Part shown: positions 37,512 through 48,841 of the stretch, piece after piece
How the letters are laid out: the number at the start of each line of letters is the position of its first letter
Position numbering within the stretch: the first letter of the stretch is position 1
Virus record (IMG/VR): IMGVR_UViG_3300045012_000066
Span: 1 to 64,000 of that record
Source: a virus
DNA: 64,000 nt
Strand: one strand, 5' to 3'
Program-made: the position numbers and the translations under genes
The notes under the pieces: generated by a model
The model's database searches: none
What the model saw: the letters and a program-made list of their open reading frames with translations, nothing else
What the model was told of the DNA's origin: nothing

Positions 37512-39442
37512 AGCTGATCAAACTGCACTTGGAAAATTTCCGTATCCACAAAGACTCCACCCTGTCACTCGGAGAGAGCGCCTTCGTGGTGATTCGCGGC
37601 AGCAACTTTGCCGGGAAGTCCACTATTGGGCAAGGTCTTTCGATGTGCCTCACACCATCGACCACCGGCCTCGATGCGCAGGGCCGGGGCTACGCCTCGA
37701 AGATTAAGCGCGGCGCTACTAGGGCGGTGATCACGGCAGACTTCCAGACGAAGCGTCATCTGATCGAACGCACGGTCACGCTGAACGCCAACGCTGCGGG
37801 CCGCACACAGAAAACAGTTTGCCTGAGTGATCCAAGCTGGAAGCCGACCAAGTTTGACGACGAGATCGACCGGCAGAAGGCCGCGCTGACGGTGGTGCTG
37901 AACACCGACGCGTTCCTGCGCATGGACGAGAAAGAGCAGAAGAACCTGCTGGCTGGGCTGGCGCTTCCCAGTCACTACGACTTCGACCGGCAGATCGTCG
38001 CGGACGTGGAGGCGGTCCTCGGCGAGTGGTCTGTCAACTTCACAGGCGAACCATTCGCAGCGATCAATCTGGCATACAAGAAGCTCTTCGACGAGCGCCA
38101 GATCGTCAACCGGCAGGTGAAGGAATTCGTGATCCCGGAAGCGTTGGCGGCTCCTGAAGACGTGGACTCCAACTCGCTGCAAAGCAGGCTGGCAGAGTTA
38201 CGGGAGCAGCGTCGGGAGAAGCAGCGCGAGCGCGATCAGGCGGTAGCGGAGGCCAGCAAAGAAGAGACCGCCCGCCAGCGGGCCAAGGATAAAGTGCAGC
38301 AGGCTCTCGACGGTGAGTATCGCCGGGGGAACTCGATCCGGGACAAGCTGGTCAAAGAAGGTCAGTTGGTTTATCTGCGCAAGATCGCGGAAAGCAAGCC
38401 GGAACTGGACAGACTGATGAAGGAGCGCGAGGCGTCCTTAAGGCTGCGCAACCATTACGACATCCAGCTTAAAGCTCTGGAGGCGGTGCCATGGAACGCG
38501 AAGGAATGCCCTACGTGCGAGCAGCCGGTGGACGTGGAGAATTTAAAAAGGCTGAGCGAGAAGCTAAAGAAGGACATCCGGGAATCCAACGGAACGCTGG
38601 GCGTCGTCGAGCAGAAAATCAAAGCTCTGGGCGACGTGGATGATGCAATCGCTCTCATCGAAAGGCACGAGGCGGCGCTGAAGGAACTGGGCACGTTCGA
38701 TGAACAGGCGGAAGAGAGGAAGAAGCAGATCGAAGAGGCGGAACGCGACATTCCGGGTCCGACGCTGTTCGACTTTGCCCCCTTCAATATCAGCATCTCT
38801 GAAATCGAACTGGAGATCGAGCGGCTGTCCGGCCTGCTTCGCCCGGTGATCGTCGCGGAGGAGCGGCGCAAGGAGATCGCGATCAAGCAGGGACAGCTAG
38901 CGGTCCTGAAGCAGAAGGCAGCGACGCTGGACCGGCTGGTCAAGTACTTCGACAAGGGCGGCATCAAAGCCAAGCTCATCGGCCAGTATATTGGCGGTTT
39001 CGAGTCGAAGCTGAATGAGGTGATGGGCGCGTGGGGCTACTCCTGTGCGCTCTCGATTGAGCCGTACTCGTTCGACGTAACCAACGCCCGTCAGGATGTG
39101 ATTCCGGTGCGCGAGCTTTCCGGGGCCGAAGAGGTCATGTTCTCGCTGGCCTTCCAGTGCGCGGTGAGCCAGACGGCCAACATCGGCATGGTGGTGATCG
39201 ACGAGGTCGCCATGTTCCTGCCGGAAATCCGCCGCGTGCTGAATGCGCGACTCTACGACATGATCCAGCGCGGCTTTCTGGAGCAGGTCATTCTGCTGGT
39301 CGCGGACACCTCGGAGCAGGCATCCAGCCTGCCGGGAGCGGCCTTCTACATGGTGGAAAACGGCGAGGTGCGTGCTCTGCCAGCAAACGGTGTACGAAAG
39401 GAGACACAAAGTGAGCGACGAAACGACCAACGTATTGCCTGA
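37508..39442 (+). CDS. SbcC/Rad50-like SMC ATPase
   Basis: Walker A GSNFAGKST, coiled coils, Zn hook CPTC, signature LSGAE, Walker B VVIDE. Confidence 0.9.
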   Translation: MKLIKLHLENFRIHKDSTLSLGESAFVVIRGSNFAGKSTIGQGLSMCLTPSTTGLDAQGRGYASKIKRGATRAVITADFQTKRHLIERTVTLNANAAGRTQKTVCLSDPSWKPTKFDDEIDRQKAALTVVLNTDAFLRMDEKEQKNLLAGLALPSHYDFDRQIVADVEAVLGEWSVNFTGEPFAAINLAYKKLFDERQIVNRQVKEFVIPEALAAPEDVDSNSLQSRLAELREQRREKQRERDQAVAEASKEETARQRAKDKVQQALDGEYRRGNSIRDKLVKEGQLVYLRKIAESKPELDRLMKEREASLRLRNHYDIQLKALEAVPWNAKECPTCEQPVDVENLKRLSEKLKKDIRESNGTLGVVEQKIKALGDVDDAIALIERHEAALKELGTFDEQAEERKKQIEEAERDIPGPTLFDFAPFNISISEIELEIERLSGLLRPVIVAEERRKEIAIKQGQLAVLKQKAATLDRLVKYFDKGGIKAKLIGQYIGGFESKLNEVMGAWGYSCALSIEPYSFDVTNARQDVIPVRELSGAEEVMFSLAFQCAVSQTANIGMVVIDEVAMFLPEIRRVLNARLYDMIQRGFLEQVILLVADTSEQASSLPGAAFYMVENGEVRALPANGVRKETQSERRNDQRIA

Positions 39443-40262
39443 TCCTGAGGAGCAGGCGCAAACCACAACCAACGGGGACGACGAAGAGGGCGACGACAGC
39501 AAGGAAGAAACGCCAGAACCGGTGACGGAAGGAACGGTCAAAGACGCAGTGCCTGAGCAGCATAAGACCGTTACTGTTCCGTGATTGGCGTCTGGGTGCG
39601 CGACAACTGCGAACGCCATCCACGTATTGCGGGTGGCGTCGTGGTCATATTGCGGCACATGAATGCGTGGCTGACGGAGCACGGCCACAGGACGTACAGC
39701 CTCGACGATTTTAAATCTGCTCTGGAGAAAAATGGTCTGCCCGTGATCGAGGTTGCCGGAACACTGCTGGTGCCGGGTCTGGGCTTCAAGGAAGACTGTA
39801 AATGCCTACCAAAGAACAAGCCAAGCAGCCGATCATCCCGAAAGAAATAGTTCACATGGCCAAGTTCTGCTACGCGGCCATGCGAGTCAGTCAACAGTGT
39901 CCGGAGCTTGAAGGGCATGCGCGAAAGGCAATCGACGCGGTCAAGCGAGCGCAGATACAGATGATCGACGGCAAGCCAACCCGCTGGCGTGCGAGCCGCC
40001 ATGTGAAGCGGCTGGTGAGCGACATTTACGAGCGCTTCGGAACGGTGCCGTACTGAGGTGCAATATGGCTCTGAGCAAAGAAGATCAGGAGTACTACGAA
40101 ACACAGCGAATCGAGCAGGAGAGGCGCGACGATTTTGAATGCGAGCGCGACTTCTGGACCAACGTCATGCTGGCGGTTCTAGGTGAACCCGGAGCCACGG
40201 TAAGGAAATCGGTTGAGCAGGCAGACGAGGCGCTGCGACTCTACAAGGAGCGGTTTCAGTAA
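39410..40262 (+). other. four small hypothetical CDS (~39410-39584 acidic, 39581-39850, 39802-40056, 40065-40262)
   Basis: Coupled ORFs. Confidence 0.5.
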
Positions 40263-40780
40263 TGGGCGACTTCAAGAAGAGGGCGCGTTACAAGACCGGC
40301 TCCGGGATTTTATTTCAGGACGCAGTGAAATCAGTTTTCCTGCGCGTCACCGGGCAGACGTACGACAACATGCTGGTGAGAATCAGAAAGAAGGGATTCC
40401 CCGGCCTGCCATTCGACAAGGACGCCTTCCGGGATCACGTCCTGTCCGCCATGGGCGGGAACTACGACGGCTACTTCCGCTGCCAGTACTGCAACGGGTT
40501 TTTTACTCTGGAACAGGTTGCCGTGGATCATGCCCACTCGCTAGGACGGGCCGGTGGTGTCGAACTCAGCAATCTCGACTATCCGTGTAAGCCCTGCAAT
40601 GCCCGCAAGGGCACCATGCTACCCGACGAGTATCACAGGCTCCTGAAGTTCCTTGATGACGAGCTTCCGCTGGCCAAGACTGACATATTGCAGCGGCTGG
40701 AGATCAGCGTCCAGCTTGCGGCGGCGGATCGGGCGCGGCGAGCCAAGGAAAAGCGTCAGATGGAAGCTAAAACGTTTTAG
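40262..40780 (+). CDS. HNH endonuclease
   Basis: CQYC...VDHAHSLGRAG...NLDYPCKPCNARKG. Confidence 0.85.
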   Translation: MGDFKKRARYKTGSGILFQDAVKSVFLRVTGQTYDNMLVRIRKKGFPGLPFDKDAFRDHVLSAMGGNYDGYFRCQYCNGFFTLEQVAVDHAHSLGRAGGVELSNLDYPCKPCNARKGTMLPDEYHRLLKFLDDELPLAKTDILQRLEISVQLAAADRARRAKEKRQMEAKTF

Positions 40781-40797
40781 CTGCCCCGGTGCGCTCA

Positions 40798-42101
40798 TCA
40801 CTCTGGCGGCGGAGGGTAGAAGGCGTTGAAGTGCTCGTCGATGTACTCCAACGCCTCGGTATAGGTTGCAAAGTTGCAGACCTGCGTGTCTCCAGTGGGG
40901 ATGCCCTCGCGATGCGGCACCCAGCGCGATCCGCTCCATGCCAGACCGGGATGGTTGTTGTGGATAATGACGCAGCGGCCAAGTGCCCCTTGGATCACGC
41001 CGATGGGAAGCGGCGGCGCTTTGGCAGGCTGGGCCAGTACACCCCACTGGTCGCCTTTGCGCATCACGACGCTGCCACACTTCTTGCAGCCAGCCATGAG
41101 TGCCTCTGGTGACGTGCCGACGTACAGGAATTGCTCCCAGTCATTGTTTCCGCAGGTACACCAGACTTTTCCGTCTGCGATCCGCTGTATGTCTGCGAGG
41201 TCCATCAGTGCCTCTCCCAAACGAATTCCCATGAGCGCAGGCCAAGGTCATCTTCGTACACCGGCTCACCCTCAAAGTGATTGCTTAGAAAACGAATGCC
41301 GGTGTGATCGTTGTTGGGGTAGATTGCGCCCTTGAACTGGCCATCTACAAAGACCTCGACCACCTCGACCTTCCTGACGGTGTGCAGCTTCTTCCTGAAT
41401 TCGATCATCGCTCACCAACCCCTTTGCTGAACACCATCTCCGTGTCAGCGGGGAAAACTCTGTAGTAGTCGATCTCGTCGAAAGAGATTCTCTTGGTGCC
41501 GTTGTCGGTCTTCTCCCGCCAGATTTTATTCGCCTCGTCATAGGGCAGGGGGCCGGACACATCGATCCACTGGTTATCCATGCCGTCGTAGAGCCGCACG
41601 ATGAACAGGGAGTCCATCTTCATTCGTGTGCCTCCTTTAGTTCTTTCCACTTCGCGTTAAAAGCTTCGTCGGTAGGAGCCGGAAGTATGCCGAAAGCAGC
41701 CATGATTTTCAGTTGCAAATCACGAGCGCCGCGACAGAGATGCGTTTCCCGCTTGCCGTGCAGTGCCGGGTGATGGCAGAGTTGTGAGCCTTGAAACTGG
41801 GTGCTTCGTTTTACGACGCCTGCGTGGACAGTCGGGTCACCGTTGGGGCCGAATGGGCACGTGGCGCACTGGCTCTTCATTACGGGCAGGTCGAGGGCAT
41901 TGCGACGGGACCGCCGCCTCATGCGGCCTCCAGTGCTGCTTCCTCTGTGCGTTCGTCGTCATAGCAGAACAGGGCATCGCCGCCGTCATCGTGGTAAACG
42001 GCGTCGTACCCCATCTCCCCACAAAATTCAGGAATCCTGTCCACCCTCACCGGGCGACCGCAGTTCTTGCACTTTAACTCGCTCATTCGTATACTCTCCA
42101 C
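40798..42101 (-). other. small hypothetical CDS (40798-41232, 41205-41408, 41405-41650, 41620-41922, 41919-42101)
   Basis: Coupled minus-strand ORFs, several Cys-rich. Confidence 0.5.
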
Positions 42102-42697
42102 ACTTCGGTCAGGTCGAGGTTGAATCCTTCAACCGGGCCGGAACCCTCCATCTCGCTCGCTGGTGTGCCTATCGCCGCCGCCCCCGCCGCTGCCGCGATG
42201 AAGTAATAACTCTTCCGTCTGTAGGGGTCGATCAACCAGCCTACCTCGACACCGTTATGGCTCCACTCGTGCATCTTGTCTATCGCCTCTGTCAGCGAGT
42301 CCGTAGCTGACATCAGTTCAATAACGAAGTTCGGGCAAACGGGTGCAAACTTGCGCAGCGCCTCGCGTGGTACGGTTGCCAGCCGCTCAGCGGTAATGTA
42401 GGCAGCGTCCGGCCCCTTCTTTGATCCATCAGGCAGGATGAACAGCGTATTGGAGTCGTAAACGCGCCCGGTTTTATGGGTACTCCACCAGCTATATAGT
42501 TGCGCGATGATCGCTGCGTTTGCCTCGCTGCTTTCGTTGCCGGATGGCGTCATCATGCGGATCGTACCCTCTTTCGTCACTTCAAAATTCATGTCATCGT
42601 AGCGAACGCAAAGCTCGAAAAACTCGTCATCGCTCAGTGGTGGTGCAAAAGTAATCGTGTGGTTCTCAAACAGCAGCGGCTTCTCAAGCTGTGGCAT
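42083..42697 (-). CDS. Uma2-family endonuclease
   Basis: F.LPDGS..GPDAAYI, P..CPNFVIELMS, K..EW...GVEVGWLIDP. Confidence 0.9.
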   Translation of the reverse strand: MPQLEKPLLFENHTITFAPPLSDDEFFELCVRYDDMNFEVTKEGTIRMMTPSGNESSEANAAIIAQLYSWWSTHKTGRVYDSNTLFILPDGSKKGPDAAYITAERLATVPREALRKFAPVCPNFVIELMSATDSLTEAIDKMHEWSHNGVEVGWLIDPYRRKSYYFIAAAAGAAAIGTPASEMEGSGPVEGFNLDLTEVWRVYE

Positions 42698-43352
42698 ACT
42701 GCTCCTCCATGCGGCGAAGTATCTTTGCCACCGTGGTGCCGCGCCACGGCTTGCCAGAGCGGCTCCTGTGGCCCCCGGCGTTGAGGTGCGCTGCGATATG
42801 CTTCGCCGTTGACCCGGTGCTGCGCCACGCCAGAATAAACTTCATAGTGGCGACCTCTTCCGGCTTCTCACCAAAGGCATGACGACCCTCACCCTTGCCG
42901 TGTTTTAATTTCTTGCGCTGACGGGCGGCGCGAAGCTTCTGCACGATCATCACGCGATCATACTCGGCTATCGCGCCCATGATCTGGCGCATCAGTTTAC
43001 GGCTGGGATCATCGCTGCACAGGTCCGGCTCATACGCTGAGATGAGCGTGAAGCCACGCTTCTGGATATCGGCAAGAATCGTTTCCTGCACCATCAGGTC
43101 GCGGGCTAGCCGGTCGAGCTTTTCGATGATGACGACCGTTACACCGTTCTCTTCCAGCGCTACGAATAGCTCCGCAAGCGCAGGGCGGTCGTCCAGTTCC
43201 TTGGTGCCGGATACGCCCTTCTCCTGAAAGACCTCGGCGATCTCGTAGCCGTTCCCAGCGGCGTACTTCTCGCAGGCGAGTTGCTGACGATCAAAGCCGT
43301 CGCCATCAATTTGGCCCCGGCCAGATACACGTAAATAAGCAAAGGCTTTCAT
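42684..43352 (-). CDS. small serine recombinase/resolvase
   Basis: AYLRVS...Q, EKGVSG, RPAL, EKLDRLARDL, E.DR..IV.KL..AR. Confidence 0.9.
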   Translation of the reverse strand: MKAFAYLRVSGRGQIDGDGFDRQQLACEKYAAGNGYEIAEVFQEKGVSGTKELDDRPALAELFVALEENGVTVVIIEKLDRLARDLMVQETILADIQKRGFTLISAYEPDLCSDDPSRKLMRQIMGAIAEYDRVMIVQKLRAARQRKKLKHGKGEGRHAFGEKPEEVATMKFILAWRSTGSTAKHIAAHLNAGGHRSRSGKPWRGTTVAKILRRMEEQYATA

Positions 43353-43421
43353 TTACCCCTCCCGGTAAGTGATGCAGTTATGTTCGCAGAGTATGCGTAC
43401 AGTTGTCAACGTTGCATGCGT

Positions 43422-43694
43422 TCATGCCTGATGCCCTTTGACGTTGATGTCAGCGAAGTGCTGCAAGCGGGCGTCCATCTCTCTGCTCTCTAGCTTGTTG
43501 GCGTAGAGGCGCAGCAAGTCCACGATGTCGGAGCGAGTCCCGTCATCCATCCGCACGCCATTGATCTCGCGAAAGATTTCCGGAAGCCACATGAAGCGGA
43601 TCGTTCCGTTCCGGTCCATGCGCAGATAGGCAAGGACCACACCATCATCATCCATGGGTTTCATGTATCCGGTAACTGGAGTCTCAGCGTCCAC
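43422..43694 (-). CDS. hypothetical protein
   Basis: 90-aa ORF. Confidence 0.45.
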   Translation of the reverse strand: MDAETPVTGYMKPMDDDGVVLAYLRMDRNGTIRFMWLPEIFREINGVRMDDGTRSDIVDLLRLYANKLESREMDARLQHFADINVKGHQA

Positions 43695-44163
43695 TTATCA
43701 CCTCACAGAAAGGGGTTCTAAAGAGTTCAAAGTCTGAATGGATATTGTCGAGCACAGTGCTGCCATCGTGAGCAAGCGCCGCCTTCGCCACGTCCACCGG
43801 GAACGTGACGCCAAAGTAGGCCCGTCCGAGCTTATCCCAAGTGCAGTCGATTACCTTTCCGTCGTGGTCGAGGTTCCACGCGTGGTGGGCAGGGAAGTCC
43901 AGATTGTTAATGTCGGGAACGGCGTATCCTTCCACATACCGATAGCCGCGCCTCCGGCTCACCTGTAGCGCGTTGTAGAAGCACTGCCTCGGCATACCGC
44001 GCCGGATATCCTTCGGCAGCGGCTTCGGCTCGTACCAAACGCCGTGCTGCGTCAGGAAGTCGCCGATCCCGGCGTAGTGGTAGCCCTCAGGCACGCCGTT
44101 ACTGCGACAGTTCTTACTGAGCAAGGTCAGCCACTCAGTGATCGAGTCTTGCGGGCTTGCCAT
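43684..44163 (-). CDS. hypothetical protein, possible papain/transglutaminase-like C-H-D triad
   Basis: QCFYNA ... YVEGYA ... HHAWN ... VIDCTW. Confidence 0.5.
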   Translation of the reverse strand: MASPQDSITEWLTLLSKNCRSNGVPEGYHYAGIGDFLTQHGVWYEPKPLPKDIRRGMPRQCFYNALQVSRRRGYRYVEGYAVPDINNLDFPAHHAWNLDHDGKVIDCTWDKLGRAYFGVTFPVDVAKAALAHDGSTVLDNIHSDFELFRTPFCEVISGR

Positions 44164-44898
44164 TCTTCGTTACCTCTTCCTCTTCGTAGTGAATTCCAGT
44201 CAGTTTCTCAACGCGCTTGATGCGCTCGTTGAGTAAATAAAACACTTTGTTCCAAGCCTTATATGCTCGCTTCGACGTAATCAGGACGTAAACCTGTATG
44301 ACGAGCACGGCCACAGCAATCACCAGATTGATGTACACCGGCTTCAGCATTTACCCACCAAATTCTTTCTTCGTGCCGACGAGTACATTGCCGACTACGA
44401 AGTCCACAATACCAGCACGATTGCCGAACAGGAGAATCGAAGCCTCCCGGTTGATGGGCTTCTGCTTCATCTTGCCGTCCTCGTCCATGAGCATGAGCTT
44501 GCCGTTAGCCATCCGCTGCATTTCGAAGTAGCCGCCGACGTGCTCCTGTATCTCTGCCAGCGTGAAAGAGTTGCCGCTTATCGGCTTAATCTCTTCCTGT
44601 GCGCCGCTTGCTTTTATCAGTGTTGCCATTTATTCCTCCCGGTTTATGGGTCTTCCTCGTAGTCAATCAAGGCGATAGTTTCCGTCATGGTATGTCGCCT
44701 GCCGCGTTCACGCACAGCCGGAAATTTAATTTCGTGAATATGTGACTGTGTGTGTATCTTTTTACCGTTCCACTCTCGCGACCGGCAGTCCTGATTGCGA
44801 CAGTGCGACGGGAGCGGATTGTCTTCGTATATCGTCCACTCGCGACCGCACACGTCGCATTTGCAGCGCTTCGCCGGGACAGTGATGTCGGTGATCAT
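44135..44898 (-). other. small CDS (44135-44350; 44351-44629, DUF3846-like; 44644-44898, Zn-ribbon)
   Basis: 44351 protein has LAEIQEHVGGYFE...DEDGK....N..A...IVGNV. Confidence 0.55.
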
Positions 44899-45410
44899 CA
44901 GCTTTCCAGCATCCTCGCCCGCTTGTCCTCAGGCGGTTCAGACTCGTGCCCGGACTCCATGAGGTGACACCAGACGCGCTTGTACAGGGAGTCGGTTTGC
45001 CACGCATCAAAGACGGCCTTCAGCCCGCGCTGGGAAAGCTGGTGCTGGATGCGGTCCTGCTCAGGGTCATCCTTGGACCGGCAGTCAAAGAAGGCACAGC
45101 CGAAAGGGGAAGTCTCCCAGATGAGGCACTTGCGCTTCTCAAAATAAATGCACGAGCCGTCTTCCTTGCTAGCCATGACCAGCGTCGGGATTCTGAAGGT
45201 CTCGCCGTCTTTCTTGACGATGGCTCCCGGTGACGCCTCCAGATTCACCTCGGCCCACTTCAGCGGGTCTTCACCATCCGGGATCATGCGCTCCAGATCG
45301 GCGGGGATGAGAAACCCCGGAAGATACATACAATTCCTGCGGCAGGTGCGGCAGGAGCAGCCCTCGCCGCGCTCTACGCCGAATTCGATTCTTGTGGCAG
45401 TCTGTGTCAT
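44898..45410 (-). CDS. YkgJ-like cysteine-cluster protein
   Basis: CSCRTCRRNC ... CIYF...CLIWETSPFGC. Confidence 0.7.
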   Translation of the reverse strand: MTQTATRIEFGVERGEGCSCRTCRRNCMYLPGFLIPADLERMIPDGEDPLKWAEVNLEASPGAIVKKDGETFRIPTLVMASKEDGSCIYFEKRKCLIWETSPFGCAFFDCRSKDDPEQDRIQHQLSQRGLKAVFDAWQTDSLYKRVWCHLMESGHESEPPEDKRARMLES

Positions 45411-45832
45411 GCTCTCCTGAATGGTCGTTGTACTGCGTTCTTTGCGGCTGGGACAGGCCGGGGACTCACGCCATCCCATAGCTGGCGACCCGTCTCCCAG
45501 CACAGGCCCATTCTCGTGAAAACCGGTTCTCCGGTGAGGAGTCCCCAGAGGTGGTACTGATTCGAATAATCGACCAGTTGCGACTCTCGCGGGTATATCT
45601 CAACCATCTCCGTCTCCGGCCCAACGATCTCGTTCTTGATCCGCTGGAAGTCGCGCCAGTCATGCTTTGCTGTCCGCTCGTTGTCGCGGATCGAAAGGTG
45701 AATGATGTCCGGCCCGCCATCGTGCGGGTTCGGGTACTTGCGCAGGATGACGTGATACCGGTTGTTGTGGAATAAAATTCCATTGCCCTCTGGTATCTTT
45801 TCAGCCGCAAACGGTCGCCAGCTTTTAGGCAT
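45407..45832 (-). CDS. conserved phage hypothetical protein
   Basis: HLSIR...HDWRDFQRIKNEIVGPE...VEIYP..S.LVD..N.YHLW. Confidence 0.7.
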   Translation of the reverse strand: MPKSWRPFAAEKIPEGNGILFHNNRYHVILRKYPNPHDGGPDIIHLSIRDNERTAKHDWRDFQRIKNEIVGPETEMVEIYPRESQLVDYSNQYHLWGLLTGEPVFTRMGLCWETGRQLWDGVSPRPVPAAKNAVQRPFRRA

Positions 45833-47687
45833 CCACTAACTCCCCGTTCTTCAGGGCAGACGCGGAGCGTCGCAGCGCAGTCAGTCTCTCAATATGCTCG
45901 TCAATTTCAGGCATCAGTTTTTTCAGGTCAGCGCGTTTGTACGTTTCGTGAACAAGAATCTCCTCGATAATTGCTTTTATACTGGCCAACGTTTCCAGCA
46001 GGGCAGCGCTGTTCGGTCCACTGGGAGCGAGAGTGCCGACCTTAATCTGCGCCCTCGCGGGGACATTTGAGTTCTTGTTGTTGTAGGGATTCTGGAAGCG
46101 GTGGTCTTCACCGTTCCAGCGTCGGCTCTTGCACGACGAGCATCGCCCCGGCTTCTTCTCGGCGCTCCACTCGTGGCCGCACTTGATGCACTTACAGTCA
46201 AAAACCCTTTTCGTTCTGAGAGTAATGGGCACTGGGGAAATCTCTTTCTGTGTCAGTTGACCTGCTGCCTATTCTCGCGGAATTGGCGGTGCAGATCGGA
46301 AATAAATTTACGCAAGTCGCGCTCCGGGATCATGCCGCCGAACTTCACGCGGAACGTCTCGACGCTGCGTTGCAACAGGGCGTCCCACTGGCTGGCATCG
46401 ACGAGGTCGGCGCAGGTTTTGCATGCCGCCCAGTCGGCCTGCGAATTGATGTTCAGCTTCTTGCCGTCTGGGTTTTCCACTTGCTGCGTAAAGGTCTTGG
46501 CCGGGTAACTGGCGTAGATGGGAGTGCCGGAACAGAAGTCGCAGATTAGACCCTCCGCTGGCGCGGTGACGTAGACCTCCTGCTTCATGCCTGAGTCGCT
46601 TCCCAGAAGCCCTCACCGTAAGTGGTTTTACCGTCCTGAGAGTGGAAGACAAGCCTGTCGCCGCCCTCGCAGACGCGCACTTCTTTCTTTTGCGCGATGG
46701 CTTCAACGGCTCGCCGCATAGCCTCTCCGACGGCGATCTGCTCGTCCTCGTACTCGACGACCTTGGCGAAGTATTGGCATCCGCTGTGCAGTCCGTCATC
46801 GCCGAAGATGTACAACGCCCACGGACCTTCGCTGTCCTCGGTATACTGAAGCTCAGTCAATTCGTGGACGATGCTCACCCGATCCGGGGTCGCCATAGCC
46901 GGGTGGCCCGCCACGGCGCGAAGGAAGTCGTCCTGCTTGCGCTGGCGAGCACTGATGAGTGCATCCATCTGGTGAATCGCTTCGCGCAGGGCGGCATAGT
47001 TCTCGTCGTCAGCGATCTCCAGCAGCGTCGTGCGATGCTCGTTGAAAAACTCGGACGCCTCATTCGCAAACGCCACCGTGGCAGCTTCAAGCTCCTGTAC
47101 AGCAGTATTTACGCGCTTGGCACCTTCCGGGGTGGTCAAGCCTCGGGGTGTGAGGTCGATTGTCTGTTGATTGGCCAGCGCGTAGCGGGGCGTGAAGACA
47201 TCCTCGGTCAGCTTGCCGGTCTGGCGGTTGATGGCTTTACGGATGCCGTAAACGTCATGCGAAAAGTCCTGCATGGGAGCCGCCAGCAGTCCCGCGAAGT
47301 CCAGCGGGCATCCATTGGCGTGGCAGGCGGTCAGGTCCATAATCAGGGTGCGTGGCTCGTCGGGATAGCCCGTAAGGTCGCGCATGGCCCGGTCTACAAC
47401 CTGCATGAGGAGATCGTGTTCCTGCTCCGTGATTTCCCAGTTGGTGATCGTCATTTATTTTCTTCCCTCTCCTGTAAACCTGTTTACGTGTTGAACTTCT
47501 CGCGCCTCGGGCGCTTGGTGATCGGCTGCGCATTCCCGCAACTGCCGCAAACGTTGTAGCGGAGTCCCGGCATGCCGCCGACTTCCGAACCGTCCCGCTC
47601 GGTCAGCGCCATCTGGCCGCACTTGCGGCAGCGCAGATTGCGTGTCTGATTGCTGACTCGTATTGCCTCTCTCTGATCGTCATCCAT
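45825..47687 (-). other. hypothetical CDS (45825-46232, 46253-46588, 46585-47454, 47484-47687)
   Basis: Coupled ORFs, Zn-ribbon motifs common. Confidence 0.55.
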
Positions 47688-47694
47688 ATTGCGC

Positions 47695-48249
47695 TTAGCC
47701 CTGAGCTAGTGCGGTAATCTCCGTCATCATGAAGTCGATGCCCATGAAGACTTTTCTCGCCTCGGTTTCATATAGAAAGCGCTCTGTAGGAACCAGCACG
47801 CCGTCAATGTAGCGTTGCCATACTCCCTTATCCGGGTCCACGAACCAGATGTGCGGTATCTCTGCCTCGTCATATTCCGCGAACTTGCGACGGATGCGCC
47901 TCATAGATTCATCGGGGCTGAGTATCTCAAATACGGCTAGCGGCGTTGCGGTGACAATCTTCCCTTTGGCTCTTTCTTTGGTAGCGTCGAGAATGGTAAC
48001 GTCGGGAACCCGGTGCATGCCGGGGCGCAGCCGCACGCGCACCTCGGGCAGGCTTTCGATGGCCCACTCTCTTTTGTGCTGCGCAAACCAAAGCATAATG
48101 GCTTGCTGCCATCTACTGTGCTCAATCGTTCCCACTGGCCTCTCCTCAACAATCCCATCGGTAAATTCTGCATCTGGCTCAAAGCTGAAATGGTTGAGGT
48201 ACTCTTCCTCGGTCATCATCATTGGCGGATGCTGATATGCGGTTGCCAT
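47695..48249 (-). CDS. second Uma2-family endonuclease
   Basis: EFTDGIVEERP.G...HS, RVPDV, PLAVFEILSPD, K..EY....I.HIWFVDP. Confidence 0.9.
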   Translation of the reverse strand: MATAYQHPPMMMTEEEYLNHFSFEPDAEFTDGIVEERPVGTIEHSRWQQAIMLWFAQHKREWAIESLPEVRVRLRPGMHRVPDVTILDATKERAKGKIVTATPLAVFEILSPDESMRRIRRKFAEYDEAEIPHIWFVDPDKGVWQRYIDGVLVPTERFLYETEARKVFMGIDFMMTEITALAQG

Positions 48250-48647
48250 TAAGACTCCTTCTGTCCGTTCTCCTGTGGGCTTGTCCGAAAGAGAAACGCC
48301 CAGCCCTCTTCGGCGTCGAAGCTGCCCAGACGGTTGCCCTGCGCGTCGTACCACGTCCGGCGCTGCTCGTCGTTTTCCTTCTGGCTCTTCCAGCCCCGCG
48401 CCGCGACGGCCTCGTGCAGGGTCTGGCCTTGGGCCATGTTCTTCTTAATCCAGAACGGATCGTAGGCAAACGGGATGTCGTAGCAGAGCTTCCCGGTCAC
48501 CTGATTGTGGAACGTAGTCGCGTTGGCTTTCTCCAGCGGGTAGCGCGACAGGATTCCCTTGTTGACTTCGTTGACTTCGATGTATAGATCGGCCTCGTGA
48601 TCGGCGATATAGCCGCCTGTTGCTTTTACTTCTTCGTAGAGACTCAT
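48249..48647 (-). CDS. hypothetical protein
   Basis: 132-aa ORF. Confidence 0.55.
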   Translation of the reverse strand: MSLYEEVKATGGYIADHEADLYIEVNEVNKGILSRYPLEKANATTFHNQVTGKLCYDIPFAYDPFWIKKNMAQGQTLHEAVAARGWKSQKENDEQRRTWYDAQGNRLGSFDAEEGWAFLFRTSPQENGQKES

Positions 48648-48796
48648 TAGCTGCCGACTCTCTCGCGGCGCAGGTCGGCCTCGATGTTGAGTAGCCGGGT
48701 GTCGGTGCGGCTCTGCCCAAGCTGGTCAAGCAAAATGCCCACGAGGACTAGGAAGCTGGGAATGCCGATGGCAAGAAAAAGTTGCGAGTTGGTCAT
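48647..48796 (-). CDS. 49-aa membrane protein MTNSQLFLAIGIPSFLVLVGILL...
   Basis: GGGAGGAG RBS and a single TM helix; resembles small proteins I associate with Acidobacteria (from recall). Confidence 0.55.
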   Translation of the reverse strand: MTNSQLFLAIGIPSFLVLVGILLDQLGQSRTDTRLLNIEADLRRERVGS

Positions 48797-48841
48797 GCGT
48801 GTTCTCTCCTCCCAGAGATTGGTTTAGGTGTGTGTTCGTCT

